Assembly (NCBI GenBank): GCA_963806665.1 | Contig: CAWDYM010000002.1 | Location: 2,326-66,325 of the forward strand | Reading direction: 5' to 3' | DNA length: 64,000 nucleotides | From: an uncultured Alphaproteobacteria bacterium | GTDB lineage: Bacteria > Pseudomonadota > Alphaproteobacteria > Rhizobiales > Beijerinckiaceae | Part shown: in pieces, positions 30,711-37,386 of the stretch | How positions within the stretch are numbered: the stretch's first letter is position 1 | How the letters are laid out: each line of letters begins with the position of its first letter | Program-made: the position numbers and the translations under genes | Notes under the pieces: generated by a model | What the model was told of the DNA's origin: nothing | The model's input: the letters and a program-made list of their open reading frames with translations, nothing else | The model's database searches: none

Positions 30711-30767
30711 CAATCGGCAAGCAAGCCCTCTCATGTTCTGCTTGCCGATTGATGACGTCTCTCATGT
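30711..30767 (+). promoter_or_regulatory. Perfect 13-bp inverted repeat plus 9-bp direct repeat immediately upstream of csp
   Basis: CAATCGGCAAGCA (30711-30723) / TGCTTGCCGATTG (30739-30751) with a 15-nt spacer. CTCTCATGT occurs at 30728-30736 (inside the spacer) and again at 30759-30767. The csp ATG is at 30782. Confidence 0.35.
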
Positions 30768-30781
30768 GAAGGGGTTCACAT

Positions 30782-31216
30782 ATGCAACGCCGAGATTTCA
30801 TAACCACGCTTGGCGCCGTCGCCGCCGCGACATCCGTATCTGCCGCACACGCCGAAGACAAGAAGCCTGCTCAACATCACCATCCGGCGAAATACAAGGC
30901 GCTGTCTGACGCGGCCGCCAAATGCGTTCTGGAGGGGAACAACTGCCTCCGCCATTGCTTTGGCATGCTCTCGATGGACGATTCCAGCATGGCGGAGTGC
31001 ACCAAGGCGACCTTCGACACGATAGCGGCCTGCGGGGCGCTGGAGAGCCTCTCGTCGGTCAATTCTGGCTTCACGCCCGCCATGGCGAAAACCGTGGCTG
31101 CTATTTGTGAGGCCTGCAAGAAAGAATGCGACAAGTTTCCCGATGTCGCCGAGTGCAACGCCATGGGCGCCTCGTGCAAAGTGTGCGCGGAAGAATGCCA
31201 TAAGGTCGCCGCTTGA
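30782..31216 (+). CDS. csp: Tat-exported four-helix-bundle copper storage protein (Csp1/Csp2 family, DUF326)
   Basis: Twin-arginine signal MQRRDFITTLGAVAAATSVSAAHA and a His-rich start (QHHHP). The mature domain has 12 Cys in helical spacing (CVLEGNNCLRHCF, MAECTKATFDTIAACGAL, ICEACKKECDKFPDVAECNAMGASCKVCAEECHKVAA). It closely resembles my recollection of Methylosinus trichosporium Csp1. Confidence 0.85.
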   Translation: MQRRDFITTLGAVAAATSVSAAHAEDKKPAQHHHPAKYKALSDAAAKCVLEGNNCLRHCFGMLSMDDSSMAECTKATFDTIAACGALESLSSVNSGFTPAMAKTVAAICEACKKECDKFPDVAECNAMGASCKVCAEECHKVAA

Positions 31217-31243
31217 CGGGTTCCTGATCCTGCGCAAGCAAGC

Positions 31244-31276
31244 AACGCCCCGGGCTTCTCGGGGCGTTTCTGTTTT
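31244..31276 (+). terminator. Rho-independent terminator of csp
   Basis: Stem AACGCCCCG (31244-31252) / CGGGGCGTT (31260-31268), loop GGCTTCT, followed by TCTGTTTT. Confidence 0.6.
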
Positions 31277-31485
31277 CAGAGCGAGATTTTCAGCATGTCG
31301 CTAGGGGCGACCGCCATGCCGCGCCGGCTAGTTCCACCTTCGTCCTCGCCTTCCCCGAAAACGAAAATTTGGAAATATATTTTTCGGGAAATACACCTCT
31401 AATTCTCCAATTGCCACAGGTATGGTTGACTTATTGCGCAATATAGAATCATTCTTCTGGCGAATCGTGTGTCCGGGAGAAAATC

Positions 31486-31953
31486 ATGTCCGAAGGCGAC
31501 AACCAAGCATTGGTTGCTCAGATACTGTCATCGTACCTTTCCAACAACTCGGTCAGCCCTGCTGATCTGCCGACAGTCATCGAGACCGTGAAGAAGGCGT
31601 TCGCCGCCGACGCAGACCTTTCCCCGAAGACGGCTTCTGGCGAAGAACCCAAGAACTGGGAACCCGCCGTCCCGGTGAAGAAATCTGTTACGCCGGAGGC
31701 GATCGTCTGTTTGTGCTGCGGCGGGAAATTCAAATCCCTCAAGCGCCATTTGCAGGCCGAACACAAATTGACGCCGGATGAATATCGGGCGGCCTTCAAC
31801 CTCAAAGCGGACTATCCGATTGTTGCGCCGAATTATGCGGCGCAGCGTTCGGCCCTGGCGAAGTCCCTCGGGCTTGGCCGGAAGGTCACGCGGGCGCCCG
31901 CGGGCGCGAAGAAAGCCGGCGCAAAGGCCGCGCCCAAGAAGCCTGCCGCCTAA
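31486..31953 (+). CDS. mucR: Ros/MucR-family zinc-finger transcriptional regulator
   Basis: 155 aa: IVCLCCGGKFKSLKRHLQAEHKLTPDEYRAAFNLKADYPIVAPNYAAQRS is the Ros/MucR C2H2-like finger region. The C-terminal tail is Lys/Ala-rich and the upstream region is AT-rich. Confidence 0.9.
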   Translation: MSEGDNQALVAQILSSYLSNNSVSPADLPTVIETVKKAFAADADLSPKTASGEEPKNWEPAVPVKKSVTPEAIVCLCCGGKFKSLKRHLQAEHKLTPDEYRAAFNLKADYPIVAPNYAAQRSALAKSLGLGRKVTRAPAGAKKAGAKAAPKKPAA

Positions 31954-32074
31954 GCGTCGGGGAATAGCGGCAAGCGCGCGGATCGGCTCATTTCCGAGGC
32001 GATCCCGCGTCTCCTGCATCCGCCTTTGCCATCACTTCGGGTCACGCGCGTCGGGCAGGCCTTGGGGCGCTCGG

Positions 32075-32102
32075 GGCCGCTTCTCTCTGCGGCCGTCTTT
32101 TT
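32075..32102 (+). terminator. Weak hairpin plus T-tract downstream of mucR
   Basis: GGCCGC (32075-32080) / GCGGCC (32089-32094), then GTCTTTTT. The stem is short and lies about 120 nt after the stop. Confidence 0.3.
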
Positions 32103-32211
32103 GGGAATTGGCGGGGTCTTTGCGCCCGACCCGTCGACCAACCTCTCAATAACCAAATAGGCACGATTATTGTTTTACATCTCAAGGTCACCGCCTTGAG
32201 AGGGAACCCAT

Positions 32212-32346
32212 ATGACCGCATTTGTCGCGAAAAGCTCGCAGGTCTTCAGCGCCCTGCTTGCCGCGCCGCGTGCCGCAGTCCGCGTGATCATGCGCATTCC
32301 GGAGGCATTGGTCGATGCAATCGAGCGGCACGCGCTCGAAAAATAG
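32212..32346 (+). CDS. Possible 44-aa small ORF (not in the ORF track)
   Basis: ATG at 32212 preceded by GAGGGA: MTAFVAKSSQVFSALLAAPRAAVRVIMRIPEALVDAIERHALEK. The RIPEALVDAIE segment is reminiscent of a ribbon-helix-helix strand. No other support. Confidence 0.2.
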   Translation: MTAFVAKSSQVFSALLAAPRAAVRVIMRIPEALVDAIERHALEK

Positions 32347-32591
32347 GCTGAGCGTACGATGGCATGCAGCGTCCCGGCGGTAATGTCTCGGTCGGGACGT
32401 CTTTCTTTCTGGCCCCGCCGCGGGCGCTCAGGCGACGCGGCGCGCTCCGGACGGCCCGCCGAAACCCTCCGAAACGGCCGCCTGGTCGCGGGTGCGAGAG
32501 CGCGCCGATAAGCAATCGGTTTTCGCTCATGGCGCACAACTCCTCTTCTCCCGATTTCGGGCAAACCCTTCCCTGTCTCGGAATCCTGAGG

Positions 32592-33386
32592 ATGGCGTCG
32601 CTGCTCGCCGAGGCGCCGCCCGTGACCGGCGAGACGGCGCTGAGCGAGATGTCGACGCAAGTGGCGGCCGGCGTTCTGGAAGCTGCCGACACTTCAAAGA
32701 TGTGGCCCGAGCTTGCCCGCGGGCTCATGGGCGGCGCGCCCTCCCAGTTCATCTCGATCCTGCAAAGCTGCGACGCGCTGTCGAAACTTCTGCCCGAGGT
32801 CGCGGCGCTGTTCGGCGTCCCGCAGATTTCCGACGGGCCCGTGGATGTCGACCTTGGCGAACATCTCCTGAAGGCGCTCGACGTGGCGGCCGGTGTGGAT
32901 GCGCCGTTGCCCGTGCGCTTCGCTCTTCTCGTGATGAATATCGGCAAGCCGGATTCGCCGCGCGAGCACTTGCCCGCGCATTACAGGCATATCGAGCGCG
33001 GCGGTCCGCGCATCGAGACGATCAGCGCGCGTTACGGCGCGCCGGACGCGTGTCGCGGTCTGGCGTTGCTGGCCCTCAGCGAATGCGAGCGCGTGCACAA
33101 GGCGTCCAAAGTGCGCGCCGGCCCCGTCGCGGCGATGCTCGAACGGATCGGCGGCTTCACCGCGCCGGAGCGTTTCCACGGCTTGATGGCTGTGTGCGCC
33201 TGCGATTACCGGGCCTATGACGGCCGTTCCGGACAAGCCTATCCCAAAGCGGTTCTGCTGGAGATGGCGCTCGCGGCTTGCGCCGAACTCGAAGAAACTG
33301 GTTCTCTCGACACAATGAGGATGGCCCGCGCCGAGGCGATCGCGCGGGCTTTTCGTTCGCAGCGATGGTCCGACGAACTCGCCTAG
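32592..33386 (+). CDS. Stand-alone homolog of the C-terminal (HD-domain) half of the class II CCA-adding enzyme, with a degenerate HD motif
   Basis: Colinear with my recollection of the E. coli Cca C-terminal half: KMWPELARGL / RVWKETE.AL; CDALSKLLPEVAALFGVPQ / CGALRVLFPEIDALFGVP; VRFALLVMNIGK / VRFATLCHDLGK; LPAHYRHIERG / WPRHHGHGPAG. No nucleotidyltransferase head in any frame upstream. The start is uncertain (ATGs at 32529, 32592, 32649). Confidence 0.5.
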   Translation: MASLLAEAPPVTGETALSEMSTQVAAGVLEAADTSKMWPELARGLMGGAPSQFISILQSCDALSKLLPEVAALFGVPQISDGPVDVDLGEHLLKALDVAAGVDAPLPVRFALLVMNIGKPDSPREHLPAHYRHIERGGPRIETISARYGAPDACRGLALLALSECERVHKASKVRAGPVAAMLERIGGFTAPERFHGLMAVCACDYRAYDGRSGQAYPKAVLLEMALAACAELEETGSLDTMRMARAEAIARAFRSQRWSDELA

Positions 33387-33396
33387 GCGTCCAGTT

Positions 33397-34224
33397 TCAG
33401 CGGCCCCAATCTTCGAACGAAAAAGGTTTGAGGCCCTCGTTCTCCAATTCGATGGCGAAAGCGACCCCGTGAGCGACGAGCTTGTTGCGGGGCGATACGC
33501 CTGCGACCGGAGCGGATGTCGTCGGCGTGATTTCGGCGATCGCGTCGCCCTGCGCCACCGCCTGTTCACGGCGCGCAATCCCGAGGATGCGTCCGCCTGT
33601 GGGCGCGGCGATGCAGACGTCTTCGAGAAAGCCCAGCGCCCCTCCGGGCTCTACCGATGCGCCGATGGGGATGTGCGCCCGGAACAGGCCCGCCGCCGGC
33701 GCGTGGACGAGGACGCTGTCCGTCTCATCCGTAACGCGGGGTTTGCGGAATTGATACGGCGCATCGCCAGGATGCAGGATCGCGCCCGGGTCCGGCCCTT
33801 GCGTCTCGATGGTGAGATCGCAGTCGACGCCCGGCGCGAAGCTCGGTCCCAAGCCGATCGTCAAGCCGCCGAGTTCCCGCAGGCCAGTCGTGACGGCTTC
33901 CTTCTCTTCTTCAGCCGCCACGACGACATGCCACGGCCAGCGTTCGAGGGCTTCCGAAAGTCGGCCTCTCAGGAGGGGGATGAAACTGCGTGTCTGCAGC
34001 GCGAGCACGAACTCGGCGTTGACGTCGGCGCGGCGCGCCTCGACGCCGTCGAGCTGGGCGTAGCCGTCATACCAGACATCGGCGAAGCTCATGCGCCGGC
34101 GGAGCATTCGCGGCGCCATAGCGCGGTACAGGGCGACGACATAGCCCTCTGCGAAAAGGGCGTGCGCTGTCGCCGAGGCTTCCTCGCCGACCCCGCAGAC
34201 GAGCACGCTGACGTCTCTGGACAT
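33397..34224 (-). CDS. YqeB-family (XdhC-Rossmann-like) molybdoenzyme maturation/accessory protein (putative)
   Basis: VLVCGVGEEASATAHALFAEGYVVALYRAMAPRMLRRRMSFADVWYDGYAQLDGVEARR fits the YqeB-family pattern V.I.G.GD.A.......L...G..V.......P...RR..SF..A.YDG....EG..A.R. The C-terminus is a hybrid-barrel-like GDAIAEI. ATG at 34224. Confidence 0.55.
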   Translation of the reverse strand: MSRDVSVLVCGVGEEASATAHALFAEGYVVALYRAMAPRMLRRRMSFADVWYDGYAQLDGVEARRADVNAEFVLALQTRSFIPLLRGRLSEALERWPWHVVVAAEEEKEAVTTGLRELGGLTIGLGPSFAPGVDCDLTIETQGPDPGAILHPGDAPYQFRKPRVTDETDSVLVHAPAAGLFRAHIPIGASVEPGGALGFLEDVCIAAPTGGRILGIARREQAVAQGDAIAEITPTTSAPVAGVSPRNKLVAHGVAFAIELENEGLKPFSFEDWGR

Positions 34225-34317
34225 GACAAGCTCCCGCGGCATTAAGCGCCGCGTGCGCGGGATTAGCAAGATTACTGCCGCCGTGCGTCGAAGCTCGCGG
34301 CGGCGGGCGCTGCGACG

Positions 34318-35112
34318 TCAGTCCGTCGCCAGAATGACGTCCTGCGGATCGAAGGAGGCGCAGACCCGGGTTCCCTCGACGATGCCCAGCGTCTCCACAT
34401 CTCGCCTCGGGAGAACCGCGGTCATCGTCTTGCCGGCGCCGATGTCGACCAGAAGTTCGCAATTGCGCTCGGCGTCGACGCGCCGCGTCACGACGCCCGG
34501 GAAAGAATTGTGCGCCCCGTTCTTCGAGCGCTCGCCGGGGCCGATTTCGACGAACGAAGACTTCACCAACGCGAGAACCCGGCCGCCGGGGGCGAGGCCG
34601 AGATCGGCGGCGCCTTCATTGGTGATGATCGCGTGGATGATGTGTTCGCCCGAGATGCGCAGCGTCACTTCGACGTCGACCGGCCATTTCTTGATGGAGA
34701 CGACCTGCGCATGAAACACGTTCCGGGCGGAGATCTTGATCCCGACGTTCCACAAAAGGAGGTCTTCATGTCCGTCGAGCCCTTCCTCGGCGATCATCGA
34801 CGAGATGTAGGACAGCCGCTCCTCCAGCTTGTGAAAGGCCGCGATCAGCCGGCGACCCTCCGGCGTCACCTCGGCGCCGCCGCCGCTTTTTCCGCCGGCC
34901 TTCGTGACGAAAGCAGGGCTCGGCAACAGATTGTTGATGGAGTTTACGGCGTCCCACGCCGCCTTGTAGCTGAAGCCTACGATCTTCGCCGCCTTGGAGA
35001 TGCTGCCGTGTTCTGCGACTGCTTCGAGAACCTTGATGCGGTCGCGCCCCACCAATAATTTTCCGTCGCTTCTCAGGGCGAGAAGGGCGTCAATCTTCCG
35101 GACGGTCGTCAT
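34318..35112 (-). CDS. modE: Molybdate-dependent transcriptional regulator ModE (HTH plus two Mop/TOBE domains)
   Basis: GRDRIKVLEAVAEHGSISKAAKIVGFSYKAAWDAVNSINN (LysR-type HTH of ModE), GGKSGGGAEVTPEG, then SARNVFHAQVVSI... and NSFPGVVTRRV... (tandem TOBE domains). ATG at 35112. Confidence 0.85.
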   Translation of the reverse strand: MTTVRKIDALLALRSDGKLLVGRDRIKVLEAVAEHGSISKAAKIVGFSYKAAWDAVNSINNLLPSPAFVTKAGGKSGGGAEVTPEGRRLIAAFHKLEERLSYISSMIAEEGLDGHEDLLLWNVGIKISARNVFHAQVVSIKKWPVDVEVTLRISGEHIIHAIITNEGAADLGLAPGGRVLALVKSSFVEIGPGERSKNGAHNSFPGVVTRRVDAERNCELLVDIGAGKTMTAVLPRRDVETLGIVEGTRVCASFDPQDVILATD

Positions 35113-35311
35113 GCGCTGCCAGCGTCCCGTATGGCGAAAGGCCAAAAACTCGCCAGTGCATCCTACGTATATGTCCCATAGGCGACAAGCACAACAAGAG
35201 GCATTCGAGCCGCATCGGGGCCCGGCGTGCAAAGACTGGCGGGCGGCGGAACACTGCGTCGGCGTCGAGGTTCCTTGGGGAGAGGCGCAGCGGAACGCAC
35301 GGAGAAACGGG

Positions 35312-35710
35312 ATGACTTATTCTGAGCAGGGCGGCGCACAATCCGCCCTGAAGGAGGCCGGCAAGCTGATCGGCGGCTCCGGGCCGGGGGAGCATGGCGA
35401 GGCGGCGAGGCGGGCCGAAAAGGGCGGCGCTTCCGCGACGCGGGCGATCGCCAAGGCGGTGGCCAGAGCCGCCGATGATCTCGAACCGCAATTGCCGACC
35501 GCGGCGACCTATGTCCGGGGTGCGGCTGAAAAGCTGCAGGACGCCTCGTCCGCGATCGAGCGCGGCAATATCGACGAACTGATGAATGTCGTCGGCGCGG
35601 CCGCGCGCAGCCAGCCGGTCGCCGTCTTCTCGGCCGCCGCGATCATCGGCTTCGCCTTTTCGCGTTTTCTGAAAGGTTCGGCGAATGAAGCCGCGCCGGG
35701 AGGGCAATGA
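35312..35710 (+). CDS. Tail-anchored stress-type protein (DUF883/ElaB-YqjD-like)
   Basis: 132 aa, hydrophilic and Ala-rich, with a single C-terminal TM (PVAVFSAAAIIGFAFSRFLK). GGAGA RBS. Confidence 0.5.
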   Translation: MTYSEQGGAQSALKEAGKLIGGSGPGEHGEAARRAEKGGASATRAIAKAVARAADDLEPQLPTAATYVRGAAEKLQDASSAIERGNIDELMNVVGAAARSQPVAVFSAAAIIGFAFSRFLKGSANEAAPGGQ

Positions 35711-35711
35711 C

Positions 35712-36125
35712 ATGGATTCGTCGCGTTCTTTGATCGACCTCGCCGGCGCGGCTATGTCTCAGGCGGCGTCGCTTTTGCAGACCGAAGCCAGTCTCGCGCG
35801 CGCCGAAATGACAGAGCATGTCGGCGCGTTGAGCGGGGGCGCCGGTTTTGTCACAGTGGGCGTCGCGTTGCTCATTCCCGGCGTGACCTTGCTGCTTCAG
35901 GCGGCGGCCTCGGCGGTCTCAGCTTCGGGCATGGCCTTATACTGGTCGCTGGCGATCTTCGGCGGAGCCGCTTTCATTCTGGGCCTGCTGTTCGCCCTGG
36001 CGGGACGCCGCCGATTCAGGGCGTCGAGCCTCAAGCCGGCCAAAACGCTCGATCAATTGCGCCGCGATGCGCTCGTGGCCAGGCGGACAATGGGGACTGC
36101 TGATGGCGAAAAGCGTGCAGCTTGA
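35712..36125 (+). CDS. Phage-holin-family / YqjE-like small membrane protein
   Basis: 137 aa. LLQTEASLARAEM followed by two long TM segments and RRRFRASSLKP, the typical architecture of this family. Starts 2 nt after the previous stop. Confidence 0.55.
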   Translation: MDSSRSLIDLAGAAMSQAASLLQTEASLARAEMTEHVGALSGGAGFVTVGVALLIPGVTLLLQAAASAVSASGMALYWSLAIFGGAAFILGLLFALAGRRRFRASSLKPAKTLDQLRRDALVARRTMGTADGEKRAA

Positions 36126-36699
36126 ACAGGAAGCGGAGCAGGCGCGGGCGCAGCTTGCCGATCTGCTGTCTGAATTGCGCGGGCGGCTGTCGCCGAAGGA
36201 TCTGGTCGACCAGCTGATGAATCCGAGCGCGGACGGCAAGGTCGGGGCGGTCGCGCAGAAGGTGCGGGACAATCCGTTGTCGATCTCGATGATCGGGGCC
36301 GGGCTCGCATGGATCGCCATGAAGAGCCTGGTTGCGCCGTCAGGCGAGATGAAGCCGGGCGAGGTGGAGGAACAGCTCGGAAGCGCGAGCCGCTCCCTCA
36401 AGGATACCGCCGAGGCCGCGTCCGAGCGCGGCCAGCGCCTGATCGGCTTTGTTCAGGAGGACCCTGTCGTGATGGCGGGTCTCGGGATCGCGCTCGGCGC
36501 GATACTGGGGGCGGTCCTGCCGATGAGCGAGAAGGAAAGCCGCTCTGTGCAAAGCACGGCGGGCGCAATCAAGGAAGAGGCGCGCGAGAGCGCGACGGAG
36601 CTGCGCGACCGGCTGGAAACTCAGGCTCCACCGCCGATCAGCGGAAACGGCTCCTTCCCGCCGCCGGACCGTCCGCATACGAGCGCGCCTCGGATGTGA
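36103..36699 (+). CDS. DUF3618-like protein
   Basis: 198 aa. The N-terminal LEQEAEQARAQLADLLSELRGRLSPKDLVDQ is the DUF3618 signature region, with two mid-protein hydrophobic segments. Overlaps the previous gene by 23 nt. Confidence 0.55.
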   Translation: MAKSVQLEQEAEQARAQLADLLSELRGRLSPKDLVDQLMNPSADGKVGAVAQKVRDNPLSISMIGAGLAWIAMKSLVAPSGEMKPGEVEEQLGSASRSLKDTAEAASERGQRLIGFVQEDPVVMAGLGIALGAILGAVLPMSEKESRSVQSTAGAIKEEARESATELRDRLETQAPPPISGNGSFPPPDRPHTSAPRM

Positions 36700-36768
36700 G
36701 GATCGCTTTCGGTTGACGGAAGAAACGAAGAGAAAGGGCGGCGCTGCGTAGCGCCGCCTGTCCTGCGA

Positions 36769-37314
36769 TCAATCTTCGAACACGCCTTCCAGGGCGTAAT
36801 GCGAGATGGTCTTGCGGTTGGCGATCAACTCGTCGACGCTCGGTTCGCCTTTCAGCGCGCGCGAGATCGCGAGCTTGGTCGCCTCGTAATTGGTACGGTA
36901 CAGGTCTTTCCTGTCGAGCTTCTTGAGGTGCTTGGCGCAGCGCGGGTCGAGCCACACCATGATGATCATGCACAGCTCGTTGGCCTGATCCTTCGGAATG
37001 ATCCCTTCCGCGAGGCAATCGACGATCGCGTCGGCGGTCGCCGCCTGCACGACGCCGCCGAGCAGCTCGACATAGTCCTCCGACTTCACCGTCATTTTGG
37101 TGGTCATCATTGTCGCCGGGCGAACCTGCTGATTGAGATCGCGAATGACGAACATGCGCGGATGGCCGGCGACCTGTCCGGTCATGGAGGCGAAGGCGTG
37201 CCCGACCGGACCCTTCACATTGCCGATCAGCACTTCCGGCATGGCGTCCGTATATTGCCCGTCCGCCGCCAGCACGGTCGCTTCGCCCGTCGCCAGCCAG
37301 ATATGTTCGCTCAT
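36769..37314 (-). CDS. Formaldehyde-activating enzyme family protein (divergent Fae paralog)
   Basis: 181 aa. AEGIIPKDQANELCMIIMVWLD and YRTNYEATKLAISRALKGEP align with Fae ([41 protein letters not shown] as I recall M. extorquens Fae). The N-terminal half is much more divergent. Confidence 0.75.
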   Translation of the reverse strand: MSEHIWLATGEATVLAADGQYTDAMPEVLIGNVKGPVGHAFASMTGQVAGHPRMFVIRDLNQQVRPATMMTTKMTVKSEDYVELLGGVVQAATADAIVDCLAEGIIPKDQANELCMIIMVWLDPRCAKHLKKLDRKDLYRTNYEATKLAISRALKGEPSVDELIANRKTISHYALEGVFED

Positions 37315-37386
37315 GTGATTTTCCTCAGCTCAAAGTTGGATGTGCGCGAATAGCATTGCGCGCCGTCACAGGAAAGACGCCGCGGG

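Noticed and set aside
31433-31442. 10-bp palindrome ATTGCGCAAT and a TTGACT/TAGAAT promoter-like pair upstream of mucR.
   Set aside because: The -35/-10 spacing is only 10-12 nt, and a 10-bp palindrome in an AT-rich spacer is weak evidence. It is kept only as a note.
35166-35182. Possible ModE box (CGTATATGTCCCATAGG) upstream of modE.
   Set aside because: Only one TATAT half-site is present. The second half at the expected spacing does not match the TATAT-N7-TAYAT pattern as I recall it, so it is not distinguishable from chance.
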